Below are positions 37,693 to 51,300 of a stretch of 64,000 bases of DNA, piece after piece. How positions within the stretch are numbered: the first letter of the stretch is position 1; every line of letters begins with the position of its first letter. The stretch comes from Bugula neritina (Eukaryota > Animalia > Bryozoa). The position numbers and the translations under genes were made by a program. The notes beneath the pieces are model-generated. The model was not told the DNA's origin. It was given only the letters and a program-made list of their open reading frames with translations, and made no database searches. The stretch covers positions 4,496,662-4,560,661 of the forward strand of contig OZ037770.1 of the NCBI GenBank assembly GCA_964035545.1, written 5' to 3'.

Positions 37693-38769
37693 ATGTCTTA
37701 CGACAACAGATCGTGGGGTGAGTTAACTATATCTTAATACGAAACTAGATTGCATCGCTCAGCTCTGACTCACTGAGTCAATCGAGCTGGAGATAGGTTA
37801 GTGAAATACCGTAGTAAGAACTTAGTTTGACTTAGAGATTTTTATAATCTCATTGCAATACGGTTCTGTCTGACTATTCACTATCATTAATCTCTACGAG
37901 GTAACTGAATTAGGAGTTGCCAAGCTGTTCAAGCTGACAACACAGCAGTGTAATGTACTAACACTGTTGAAACTTTTTCAGATTACACTCGACCCGCTAC
38001 AACCAGGGTACGGGATAGAACACTTCCCGCTCCGTATCCGGAGGACTATGCTAGTGGTGACCGGCCTGAGCCACTACGCCGCCGTTGGCGGTGGGTGTCT
38101 CCACAAACCGAAGAAGAAATAGAAACAGCCTGGGGGTCCAGAGGACGGACGAGATGCCAGATCTGTGGTGAAGATTGCGCCTCTCACCGCTCCCTTAAAC
38201 TACACGTCAATGCCCATCTCCTACTGACCTTCTGCCCCTGCGGGTACAATGATGTGTATCCTTACCCCGTCACCAGACACAGAGCGGCGGGCTGTTTCCC
38301 TGGAGAAAACTATGTGGTCGACGCTAAGCTGTACCCGGAGTTCCTCACATATATACGACCCCTGGTAAAGAAGGCCATGCTACTAGCCGTTCTATCCTCG
38401 GGGTTCCAAAGTGTGTTAGACAACGCCCGCCAACAATCCCCGTTGGTGTCTGACCGCCCTCCAATTACCTACACCCCCGAGGAAACTACATATCCAGAAG
38501 AAGGAGAGATCTCCCCTACCCCGGCGAAGAGACGGACCAGGTCCCCCAATCCACCATTACGCCGCAGACGGACACCGTCCCCAGACCCAGTACGACTAGC
38601 TACAGTAGAAGAACGCCTCCTACGATTACAAGAAGAGTTCACCCAGCTGGCGCCAGATCTACTCAACACTACCACAGGACTCTTCCAGCTGAAGGGATCC
38701 GTATGCCGTATGAAACGGAAACTGCGTACATGCCAAGCCAAGCACCGGCGTGCCCAACAAGGACTCTAG
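37693..38769 (+). CDS. Gypsy accessory ORF3: zinc-finger-like plus coiled-coil protein, predicted two exons (37693-37717 and 37982-38769), 270 aa
   Basis: ATG 37693, donor GTGAGT 37718, branch TACTAAC 37956-37962, acceptor TTTTTCAG ending 37981; splicing keeps frame. CQIC..HVNAH..FCPCG..RH...C motif. Homolog at 55714-56547. Confidence 0.72.
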
Positions 38770-40599
38770 TATGCTACCCAGAATACTCCACATTTGGTGA
38801 AGAACCAAACTCGTGTAAATGCTTAACTGCTAGACAGGTTATTCCTTGTCTAATACCACAGCTAGCTAGTATTCCTCGTCTATCTACAGCTGGCCAATTG
38901 TATGCAACGGATCGTTATAACGACTCTGTGTATTATTATGTCTCTTCCTGTATATTATGTATTATTTTTGTCCACTGATGTATGCAATTACTACTGAATG
39001 TTTTTTTTATATATGTATCAGAAAGATGGCTTTCTGCTGGTGGGGGCGGTGTGGTGGTTCGTGGAACTACCAGCAGCACAACATGTAGGGTCGCGTAATT
39101 GACCCGGAACAATGGATAGCCAATTAGCGTAGTTGATAGTTAGCAGCAATTGTAGTTTCCCGCTGCTAAGTCAGTCGAAGCTAGAGTGTGAAATAGATTA
39201 GATGTGTAACTTGTTGGAAATAATGTATCGTGTTTTTATAATGTATAATTGTGTATAAAATATACTCGTTCACTCGACTTAGCCTGGTGCAGTTCTATAC
39301 TAGATAAATAGACTCTCTGGATAGCATATCAACCCTAATCTGAAAATTATAACAATATCAAACTGCTACTCGGAGCTCACTACAACCCTCCCACCGAATC
39401 ACTACACTTGTTGGCAAACATCCCACCAGTAAACCTTGTATACACCAAAGAAAGATTGCAATTAATCAGAGGATTGGTAAAAACTGATAACGTATCCATG
39501 CTCTCGGACACACCTCGAAGCGCAATTACCCTAAAGTTCATATCAGACATAAAGAAACTGGTCCACCGGACAACTAAATTAACAGATCTACAACCAGTAG
39601 ATCTTACAAGGCACAAGATCACCAACTGCATACAAAATGAATAGACACGCCAATGGAATGCACAGCTCGCAACTGGGATATGCCCATATGGCATACTCTC
39701 TGTTCTGGAACCGGAACATTTGTTCCACAAACCACTACCATTGAACAACAGGAGAAAAGATGTTGGGGCATTATGTGATCTTCTCACTGGTCACAGCAGG
39801 CTCCTTTCTTTCCAATACAGGATAAATCTTACATACACCCCAGTATGTACTTGTTTAATAGAAGAAGAAACAGCGTATCACTACATGTACTTGTGTGCAG
39901 ACTATGATGTCGCCAGAGCTCATACTAGCCCCTCCACGGATAACTGGGAATCAGTCATTTCATTCTTGAACCTCACTAGAAGACTGATGTTCTAATTACC
40001 CAGAACAGATGACAACCAAGGCCAGGCTATAACACTCATACACTCAATATAGTACTCAATACAATCTTTATTTTCAAGCATCATATTGTATTTATATAAT
40101 AATATTATATGTACCTTATAATATTAAAAAAAAACAAAAACAAAAAAAACTGTTATACAAATATACTGTAGATTGTATTTTTTTATACATTCGAAAATAT
40201 TAACTTTCATCTTTGCCTGCAAATAGAGGTATTTTCTTTTTTTCTTGTATTATTTTATCAATAAAGAGTTCATCATCAATATATTATTGATTATTGGCGC
40301 AGATAGATGAAAACAATGAAAGCTGTATTTAGCCGCGAGAAGAAAACTCTACAGTGAAAATAATAGATAGCGCATCGTTTCTAACCAACGTGAGTATTTG
40401 CTTTTCTTTGCCGTTTCCGACTTACTTCCTAGCTGACCAAGAGTCACGAAATTCCCAACTCGTTAATTTTTAATCCACCATTCCCTGTTATGGTAGTTTC
40501 ATTTATTTTTTCTTGTTTTCAAATTGCTGTAATAAAATAATTAGGTGCATAAGTGTGAATTATGATCATCTCTACATTGGCACGTAATCGTTTTGATTA

Positions 40600-41510
40600 T
40601 CAGGTTATACATATAGTTATACTGATACTTATAGTTATATTATTTATAACTTATAAGTTATAACTATAACTATAAGTTACAGTTATACCTATTGGTTATA
40701 CTTATACTAATAATTATACTTATACTTATAGTTACAGCAATAACTTATTAGTTATCATTAATATTATGATTGTGATATCATTATCACCATTATGATAAAT
40801 TGATTATCATTATGGTTTAGAAAACCATAATCATAATGATAATTACTTTTACTTTATCAATATTATTATGATTATTGTTATCATTATCATCATTATGGCG
40901 TTAATATTACTACTACTATTAGGCTAAATATAATGATAATCATAACGATTAAGTTAAGCTGATTATGCCTGGTATTCATATTGATATAGTGATATACTCA
41001 CAGTCATACCGTATATAGTAATACTGATAGTAACAGTGAATAACAGAATAAGCGATAATATTAGTAATGCTGATTATAGTTTTGTTTACAATCACAATAA
41101 TGTAATATGAGTAACATAAGCATTAATGGTTGTCAGCATAGTCTATTACTCTATAGCAATAGTATTGCTATAACTATTAGTATTAGTTATCATTAATAAT
41201 TCTAATGATACTGTTAGTATTATGCAACTTGTAATACGAATATAGATATATGATAATTTGATATTAACCATATATCCATGACCAGAATGATAATGTAATG
41301 CTAATACTAATAATAATCCTGAAAATAAGTAAGACTCTGGATATCAGTATCAATATAAATATGATTGTTTATAATATTGTTATGTACTATTTGTATTAGT
41401 ATGCATCATAGTGATATTTATTGATATTTATGATAATTATTAACCATTACTATGCCAACACTTAGCTTTATTGTTTATATTAAGCCTAATGACTATGCTG
41501 ATTATTATAT
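40600..41510. repeat. Low-complexity TAT/TAA-rich tract
   Basis: Degenerate trinucleotide periodicity with no credible ORF. Confidence 0.65.
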
Positions 41511-42589
41511 ATTTTATCTGCAGTACCCACGGCAACACCCGTAGGCAATTTTGTTTAATAGTTAGGATTGAACTATATCATGATATTATTTTAAATTGAT
41601 TTGATATTTTTTTGGCAATAACCAAATGCACAAACAAAGCCACATGTTGATAGTGTAATTGTTGATTGTTTTTTAAACTTCAAATTGATTCTTCTTACAG
41701 TGTTTCTTCGAAGTTTTTACTCCAATATATGTCAGAAAGTTTGCCATCTGCGTCTGCATGTAAAGTTGCATAGTTTTTAACATGATTGAAATAGTTTTGT
41801 AATTTTTTAGTGCATTAGTGAGCTCTTGTACTTGGTTTTCACAAATTACGTTATTCTAGATACACTCTAACATTTGTCAGATTGTATTTCAGTCATTAAA
41901 TAAATCAAGCTGTTCAAGTATATACAGCTATTGAAGTATCATCACTGCTGCTTAGGCTGGTTTTAGTTATTGAACTTTGTTAGAGGTTGTTGCGTAGTAT
42001 TCCTTGTTGGTTTGAGTTATGTTTATGTGTGTTCTAGCTACATTGCTTGTCTCAATACGATATAGTATGTCATTGTTTAACAACTATATGGTAATATTTG
42101 AAGAAACTTGTGTGACAAAGCAAACTAAATCATCTCAAGGTGTGTTCTCAGCTTCATGAGTGTTTTCATGTTTGCTAAAATTTAGTTTTGAGGCTATTGT
42201 TATAGCCATAGGTTAAGTTGTTTTTATGTAAAGGTTTTCATCACTTTAGTATCTGTAATTGTTTTATATAATTTATTTTAGTGATCTCCTAATCTTTATT
42301 ATAAGTTAATTTAATGAACACCATCCATTAGTATTTCCAGTTCATCTGCCTTGAGATCCGCAGCTTCTTTAGGATTTTCTGTTTCCAACATATAAATTAT
42401 TTCACAGACAACAAAATAGCTTTATATTACTGAGAATGGTGGATAGATTTTTTGCAATAGGAAATATGTGAAATATGTGTTTAACAAACCACTTAATCAA
42501 AGTGTATGTGTTAACCAAATAAGATATTTGATTTAAGGATGTTGTATTTGCATAAATCAATTTATAAGTTAGCTATATATAGCTATGGT

Positions 42590-42800
42590 TCTGCATGGTC
42601 TAGGCCCTAGGGGTTAGAGCAGTTGTCTATAGTAAACACAAATTCTGGGGTGGGAGTTTAATAAACGCCATTGGTGATGTTAGAAAGAGCATCCAGTCAT
42701 AATTGCTCCTGTGCCCACCTAAATAGGTCTTTAACCCAATCTAACAAAAGCCCTTCCATCAGGGTTTTCCCCAAAGATGATGACTATAAACTTGTGGTAG
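42590..42800 (+). mobile_element. tRNA-derived SINE, copy 2
   Basis: Shares CCATTGGTGATGTTAG.AAGAGCATCCAGTCATAATTGCTCCTGTGCC...GACTATAAACTTG with 16436-16646. Confidence 0.75.
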
Positions 42801-43071
42801 TTTTTCTATATGACTATGGCTATGCCATAGTCATAATGATATGCTATACTAGTTGGCTCATCCATTACTTGTTTTGACTGCCTTTGTTTTTATGGTTTGC
42901 TTCTCACAGAGATAAATATTCTTTTTATAGATGACTGTATGTGTTTGAGTGTAAGAAAAAATGTCGAATCTGCTGGTTCAGCCTCCAACTGATGGATCTC
43001 TGGGTATGTGTATTTAAACTATTTATTCATGCGCAACTCCTGACTTGGCGGATTGTCACTGTAAATAGTTG

Positions 43072-43958
43072 GCACTAATATTCTACCTTACACTAATAGT
43101 CTACCTTACACTAATACTCTACCTTACACTAATAGTCTACCTTACACTAATACTCTACCTTACACTAATGGTCTACCTTACACTAATAGTCTACCTTGCA
43201 CTAATGGTCTACCTTACACTAATAGTCTACCTTACACTAATATTCTACCTTACACTAATATTCTACCTTACACTAATAGTCTACCTTACACTAATGTTCT
43301 ACCTTACACTAATAGTCTACCTTACACTAATATTCTACCTTACACTAATATTCTACCTTGCACTAATATTCTACCTTGCACTAATATTCTAGCTTACACT
43401 AATAGTTTACCTTACACTAATATTCTACCTTACACTAACAATCTACCTTACACTAATATTCTACCTTACACTAATATTCTACCTTACACTAATAGTCTAC
43501 CTTACACTAATAGTCTACCTTACACTAATATTCTACCTTACACTAATAGTTTACCTTGCACTAATATTCTACCTTGCACTAATATTCTAGCTTACACTAA
43601 TAGTTTACCTTACACTAATATTCTACCTTACACTAATAGTCTACCTTACACTAATATTCTACCTTACAATAATAGTCTACCTTACACTAATATTCTACCT
43701 TACACTAATATTCTACCTTACACTAATATTCTACCTTACACTAATATTCTACCTTGCACTAATAGTCTACCTTACACTAATAGTCTACCTTACACTAATA
43801 GTCTACCTTACACTAATATTCTACCTTACACTAATATTCTACCTTACACTAATATTCTACCTTACACTAATATTCTACCTTACACTAATAGTCTAGCTTA
43901 CACTAATAGTCTAGCTTACACTAATAGTCTATCTTACACTAATATTCTACCTTGCACT
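43072..43958. repeat. 18-bp minisatellite, about 49 copies
   Basis: Unit CTACCTTACACTAATA(TT/GT) in direct tandem, no spacers. Confidence 0.97.
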
Positions 43959-45313
43959 GGTTGAGGTGACTGGAAAACATCTTCCCCTCACTATCTTACT
44001 GTCATCACTTTAAATCCTCTTCTAGTAATTGTCTCTTCCCAGCAGTAAATACATATTAAGAGTAGAAATAGTAAAACTATGTAAGTCTCTAATTAGTGCT
44101 ACAGAGTAGGAGATACAGACTACAAATCTCTGTGTATGTAGCCTTGTTATTCATTGGTACAAATTAGGTATAGCAGTGCATAGGTATGCTGTAGGGTATC
44201 ATCTTTTATAGTTGGTTCAGCATGGAACAACAGCAGATCAACTGTGATTTTTTTATAGCTATTCTATTTTCATCATAAGTATAATTATATGAGAGGATAT
44301 CAAATTTCAAGCTATAAGGATTGTCTTTATTTATCAATCTACAGAGTTTCTAATAGCTAATTTATGTTTGGTCTCATTACACATTATTTGCTATGCTAAC
44401 TTGACCAAACAGGAAGTGCTACTTTCATATATATATGAAACAATTAAGAGTGTAGCTATAAGTTGTATGTTTTATTCAGTTTAAATAACTACAAAATACT
44501 TAATTTGACAAAAGGTGAACATAGCTACTGGGCCACATGTTTCAATAGCACTGCAGCTAGTAGAGATCAGTAATCTTGTAGAGTTAGTCATGAATTGTGG
44601 AATTTCCACTTCTCCTTTGGCTGCATAGCACAGTGTTTAGATATAGTCATGTTGTAGTACTTGGTCTATTTATATAAGAGGTTATAAATTACTGGGTGAT
44701 GACTATTCGATACAGCTTCGTTCAGAAGTAAAATATTATGTAATACTTCTGCCTTTGAGGAATTTCTGAATGCAGTTTAGGATTCTGCTGTTACACTGTT
44801 TTAACTACCTTGTAGCTTGTGTATTAAACCACTACTATTGGATGCTGTCACATTGTTATATTTAATTACCTTTTTGTATAAGAATATATATATTACTGTA
44901 TCTAGCTTTGTTTAGCCCACTATATAAGTGATTGAAATATTCCAAAAATTCCTGCGATATGAGTTCTTTGCATTTTCCGTAAACTGTGTTAAGTCAAATA
45001 AAAACTATCACTTTCTGTTTGAGTCACAACTTATTCAACTTTAAAGTGTTTGATGCAAAGGAATATTAGTAATGATTATTTATTTATATATAATAAATTA
45101 TATAAGTGTTTAAGAAAGTTGTCAAAGTCCTTGAATTAAATTTGTTGACCTGATGTTTTGTTCAGCCCTTTCTGGGAAAATTTATGTACTAAAATACTGA
45201 AAACAGCAGGTGACCATATTTTATTACTTCATGTATAATAAATGTTTTAGATGGAGTTGTTACACCTTAGCTGATACTTATTACCAAGAAAGACAATCTA
45301 CTATTTGGTAGCC

Positions 45314-48300
45314 ATGGCAACAGCTGGTGAGTGAATTTAAATACTCTTTTATTCACTTATTTCTTGGAAAATAGAAATATATAAACTCTGAAGATATGTT
45401 GATGTTGTGCCACCAGAATTTAATATAAATCTATAAAACTATTTTATTATCATGCACTACTCTCTATAGCACTGTTTTATGTCACCAATTAGCGTATTGC
45501 TTTGAGAATAGTAGAATAGATAATATTATGCAAGCAGTTGGGTTAGAGTTGTGTTATCTCAACACAATAAACACTGAACTATAAACTATACATTAAATGA
45601 TTATTTAGAAAGAATATAAAGCTATCCAATAAAATAAATATTAGTCATTGTTATGATTACTGAAATCTACCATATAATAAATTTATTCAAGCAGTAGATA
45701 TGACAGGTGTCACAGCGACATACATCACCTGCTAGCACTGTGTAATAATCACACTGTCACTGCATGATGTTACAGAGAAGATGAGAATCTGGTTCAGACA
45801 TTCTGGACAGCCACCTGTAAGCTGGTCAGATGTAAGGAGAGCTGATACCAAGTTATATACTACTGCTGAGGTGAAACGTGAAGTTGGGAGTTATTACATC
45901 ACAGATCTCAAGCTGAGAGGGAAAATTCCAAGTAACATTGGAGAGATTGCAGGTAAAGCCCTGTGTCTACATGTTTCTAACCTGACTGACAGAGCAAGTC
46001 TAGACAAGTGAGTGTCTATTAAAATAGCTGTGTAAATGTTAAACAAGTTCATTTATTAAATAATGATAATACTGCTATTTATGATGATGGATAAAATATA
46101 ATGGATAATATAATATAAAATATACCTGATTGAATACACCACTATAGTATACAGAGTACATACTACTATTTGTGTTATTTATTAAATAATAATGGATAAT
46201 AGACACTGAAGCTGAAGCATATTTTTGCTCATAATATATTCATACAGTATAATATAAATCAACATAGTAATATGTGCAACATTGTATGTAATCCAAATGA
46301 GCTTATAAAACTGCCTCTACTGCTACTTCATAATATATGCTGAATCTAAGCATGCTTTTGCTCATAATATATGCATACAACATAATATACATCAACATAG
46401 TAATATGTGCAACAATGTATGTAATTCAACTAAGCTTATAGTTGTATAGAAACTAGGAAGTGCAAAACTGCCTCTACTCGATATCACTGACTAAATCATG
46501 TTTTATGTATATATAGCTAAAAATATGAGTAATGCACAGTCTATAATATATTATACAAAAGACTATGTTATGCCCGCAACTGCAACTGCAAATGTTATTC
46601 AATATATTAATTTACAGAGCATTGTAGAGTGAGGCCTTGTGTACTATAAACTGACAGCTAAGCTTGCTAAATGAAGCTTCCTCTTCTCACCTACAACATA
46701 ATATTATAAGTGAAACTTTTTGTGTTTTTGTGTTAACAATAAGTGCGTTTCTTGCATATTTTACTTAGTTAAATACACAAGTAGCATGATATAATAGTAT
46801 ATATTATTTTGATATGGTAGACATAAATACATGACACACTTTATATTACAGTCTATGTAAGCTGACTCAGTTAGAGAAACTAGACATAGGATGGAATCAT
46901 CTCGACATAGTACCAGAATTTGTGTCATCACTCACATCAATTAAAGAGTTGAATATGGAAAACTGTAAATTATCTACTCTACCTGAGAGGTTTGTGGAAC
47001 ACAGTCCTTTTTGTTTCAAACACTAAATAATTCACATGTTGATATAATGCGTACCAAGTATTGCTAATTAGTATGTCACTATGTGTTGAAAAGCATAAAG
47101 CTATAAATTACGTACTTCTTGAGGCTATACGATATTAGAGTTTTTGAAAACTTGAAAATAAATATGTTTCAGTTATCTGGCATTACATTTCCTATTGCTA
47201 TAAAACCTTTTTAACAAATATTATAACACCCAATTGTAGTTTACTATAGTGTGTATTTCTCATCAAATGGTTGTTACTTTGAATATGCCTTAGCGTAATA
47301 AATTTGCTACTTGGATATTTTACCTGATGGAATATGCAGTGCATGCTATGATACAGTAGACTAAATATATCACATACTTTATATTACAGCCTTATTAAGC
47401 GGACTCAGTTAGAAAAACTATACATAGGATTGAATCCTCTCTACACAGTACCAGAAGTTGTGTCATCACTCACTTCACTGAAAGAGTTGAATATGTGGGA
47501 ATGTAATTTATCTACTCTACCTGAGAGGTTTGTGTGCCACAACAAATTTTATATATCACTTTTAACATTCAATAATTGTTATTCTGAAGCAGAATTTCAA
47601 CACAGTAAATACTACATTGAGATGTTTATACTTTTTCTCTGCAAAAACTACATATGAATCTCACAGTTTCTGGGGATATTGTCAATTAGCACACTGTCTA
47701 GAAGTTTCCTCTGCTTCACAAGTTCTTTTATAGTGTTTCTATATCTTTTTGAATATTTCCCATGATAGGTTGACTGGGCTGTTTTTCAGTAATCGCTTTA
47801 ATAACTCTTTTCATTATAATATAACTATAGCTACTTCTGTACACATAATTGGTATATATTATATTATTATAGTAACACAGCTTCTTATTATTGTTTAATT
47901 TGAATACACAAGTGCTATATACAGTATTTATATAATATTATCCTGGTACAGTGAATTACATATATTACACACTTTATATTACAGTCTGTGTCAGCTGACT
48001 CAGCTAGAGAAACTTGAGCTAGCAAGAAATTCTCTCCACACAGTACCAGAAGTTGTGTCATCACTCACAGCACTCAAAGAGTTGAATATGGGGAGCTGTA
48101 AATTATCTACTCTACCTGAGAGGTTTGTGGAACACAGTCTTTCTTGTTTCAAACACTCAATAATTCACATGTTGATATAATGCTTACCAAGTATTGCTAA
48201 TTAGTATGTCACTATGTATTGTTGAAAAGCATAAAGCTATAAATTACATATTTCTTGAGGCTATATGATATTAGAGTTTCTCAAAACTTGAAAATAAATA

Positions 48301-51300
48301 TGTTTCAGTTATCTGGCATTACATTTCCTATTACTATGAAACCTTCTCCAATAAATACTATAGCACTCGCTTGTAGTTTACTAGAATCTAGTTCACATTA
48401 AATGCTTATTAGGTTTCGGTATTTCACTTTGAATTTGCTTTGTTGCAATAAATATGTTTCTTGGATATTTTACTTGATTGAATACACAAGTAGTATATAC
48501 TATTACCATGATACAGTGGATTAAACACGTAACGCACTTTATATTACAGCCTGTGTAAGCTGACTCAGTTAGAGAAACTGGACATAGGATGGAATCCTCT
48601 CAACACAGTACCAGAAGTTGTGTCATCGCTCACATCACTTAAAGAGTTGTATATGGGGAACTGTAAATTGTCTACTCTACCTGAGAGGTTTGTGGAGCAC
48701 AGTCTTTCTTGTTTCAAACACTCAAAAATTCACATGTTGTTATAATGCTTACCAAGTATTGCTAATTAGTATGTCACTATGTATTGTTGAAAAGCACAAA
48801 GCTATAAATTACATATTTCTTGAGGCTATATTGAATTAGAGTTTCTCATTACTTGAAAATAAATATGTTTCAGTTATCTGTCATTACATTTCCTATCGCT
48901 ATAAAACTTTTTTAACAAATATTATAGCATCCACTTGTAGTTTACTATAGTGTGTATTTCTCATTAAATGGTTATTAGAGCCTTCTGTACTTTACTATGA
49001 ATATGCCTTAGCGTAATAAATTTGCTATTTGGATATTTTACTTGATTGAATATGCAGTGTTTGTTATGATACAATAAATTAAATATATCACATACTTCTT
49101 ATTACAGCCTGAGCCAGCTGACTCAGTTAGAGAAACTGTACATAGCAGTGAATCCTCTCAACACATTACCAGAAGTTGTGTCATCACTCACATCACTTAA
49201 AGAGTTGAATATGATAGGCTGTGAATTATCTACTCTACCTGAGAGGTTTGTGTGTCACTACAAATTTTATATCATTTTTAACGTTCAATAATTGTTATTT
49301 TGTAGGAGAATTTCAGCACAGTAAATACTACATTAAGATGTTTATACTTTTTCTCTGCAAACCCCCATACGAATCTTAACGTTTCAGAGGATATTGTCAA
49401 TTAGCACACTATCAGTTGTATAGTTGATTATTATTCACACACTGAGTATATATAATAATTGAATACTTGTATGCTATTATAATAAACTGTTAACTTCTCA
49501 TGCTCTGCATGTAATATGCTACAATAAGTTGCTTGGTTGTTAAATTGTATATAGTTTTACCTGGTTGAAAACAAAATGTGAATACAGTATAAAGTTTTAT
49601 GGTAATGCAGACTACATATATATGTGAATATAGTGAATATAGTGAATATAGTATAAAATATTATAGTAATGCAGACCACATATATATCATACACTTTATA
49701 TTACAGCCTGTGTCAGCTGACTCAGTTAGAGAAACTAGACATAGGATGGAATCCTCTCAACACAGTACCAGAAGTTGTGTCATCACTCACATCACTTAAA
49801 GAGTTGAATATGAGGAGCTGTAAATTATCTACTCTACCTGGGAGGTTGGTATTGCACAATATTATCTCTGTTTCAAACATTCAATATTTCACTTCTTTAA
49901 TGCTTATCAAGTAGTGTTATGCTATTTTATTATATATTGCCAACGTATGTTAAAAAACCTATAGATATGCATTTTCGAACTTGTCCAATAGTTTGTGCTA
50001 AGGTGGAAATAATACAGCCTCATGGTATGCTATTGTATATCCTTATATCACAAGAACCTTTTGTAATGAATAATAAAACAGCCATCCGCAGTGTACTGGC
50101 AATCATGGTAATAATCGAATCTTTCTTAGCTTCTTGCGTCAATCACTTTGACTATCCATTACTGCAATGAATTTTTTTCTGAACTTTTTACCTGACTGAC
50201 TGTGCTTAGCAATATAACATGTACAGTGTATATTATTATGACACAGTAGACTACATATATCATACCCTTTATAATTATTGCAGTCTATGCCAGCTGACTC
50301 AGTTAGAGAAACTAAACTTAAGAGGAAATCCTCTCAACACAATACCAGAAGTTGTGTCATCGCTCACATCACTTAAGGAGTTGGATATAAAGAGCTGTAG
50401 ATTATCTACTCTACCTAAGAGGTTTGTGGAACACAGTCTTTCTTGTTTCAAACATTCAATAATTCACATGTTGATATAATGCTTACCAAGTATTGCTAAT
50501 TAGTATGTCACTATGTATAGTTGAAAAGCATAAAGCTATAAATTACAATTTTCTTGAGGCTATATTGTATTTGAGTTTCTCAAAACTTGAAAATAAATAT
50601 GTTTCAGTTTTCTGGCATTACATTTCCTATTGCCATAAAAAGTTCTTCAACAAATACTATAGCACCGCTTGTACTTTACTAGAATCTATTTCAGATTAAA
50701 TGTCTTTTACTTTAAATATGCCTTGTCAAAATAAATTTTTTTTGCATGTTATACCATATTGAATACACCACTGTAGTATACACAGTACATAATACTATCC
50801 TGATACAGTGGATTGCATATATTATGCACTTTATATTACAGTCTATGTCAGCTGACTCAGTTAGAGAAACTAAACATGAGAGATAATCCTCTCAACACAG
50901 TACCAGAAGTTGTGTTATCACTCACCTCACTTAAAGAGTTGTATATGTGGAACTGTGGTTTATCTACTCTACCTCAGAGGTTTGTGTGTTACAATAATTA
51001 TTTCTTTTGTTTTAAACATTCTATATTTCACTTCTTTAATGCTTCTCAAGTAGTGTTATGCTATGATATCATATATTGCCAACGTATGTTGAAAAACATA
51101 AACATGTATTTTTTTAACTTATCTAGTTGTTTGTCCTAATATAGAAATAATACAATTTTATAGTGAGCCATTGTATATCCTTATATCACAATACTTTTTG
51201 TAATCAAAAATAAAGCAGCCCTCTGCAGTTTACTGACAATCATGGTAATAATCGAATCTTTCTTAGCTTCTTGCGTCAAGCACTTTGACTATCCATTACC

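Larger units (their letters stand above)
31862..39354 (+). mobile_element. Intact, very recent Ty3/Gypsy LTR retrotransposon
   Basis: 305-bp LTRs at 31862-32166 and 39050-39354 (TG...CA, no difference seen by eye). TSD ATAT at 31858-31861 and 39355-39358. PBS, G-rich PPT, open gag and pol. Confidence 0.97.
29393..39995 (+). pseudogene. LINE ORF2 (APE endonuclease, RT, C-terminal CCHC), disrupted
   Basis: QINING, LSET, GDLNARH, SYIDL (endonuclease); YRPI, QFGFR, DLQKAFD, GLPQGSVLSP, QYADD (RT); LLTGH..CTC..ETAYHYMYLC. Lesions: +1 frameshift in the T9 run 30830-30838, Gypsy insertion after 31861 (removal restores ISLHTYIKLLLGAHY), and TAG at 39642-39644. Confidence 0.92.
26911..40279 (+). mobile_element. 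Full-length LINE (I/Jockey-group-like, no RNase H seen) interrupted by a Gypsy element
   Basis: 12-bp TSD TATATTATTGAT at 26899-26910 and 40280-40291. ORF1 and ORF2 present; 3' AATAAA followed by CATCATCAA. Confidence 0.92.

Noticed and set aside
38095-38769. env gene
   Set aside because: No signal peptide or TM helix; it has Cys/His fingers instead.
43069-43958. CRISPR-like array or 107-aa hydrophobic ORF
   Set aside because: Contiguous 18-bp tandem units with no unique spacers and no cas genes; the ORF is a by-product of the repeat.
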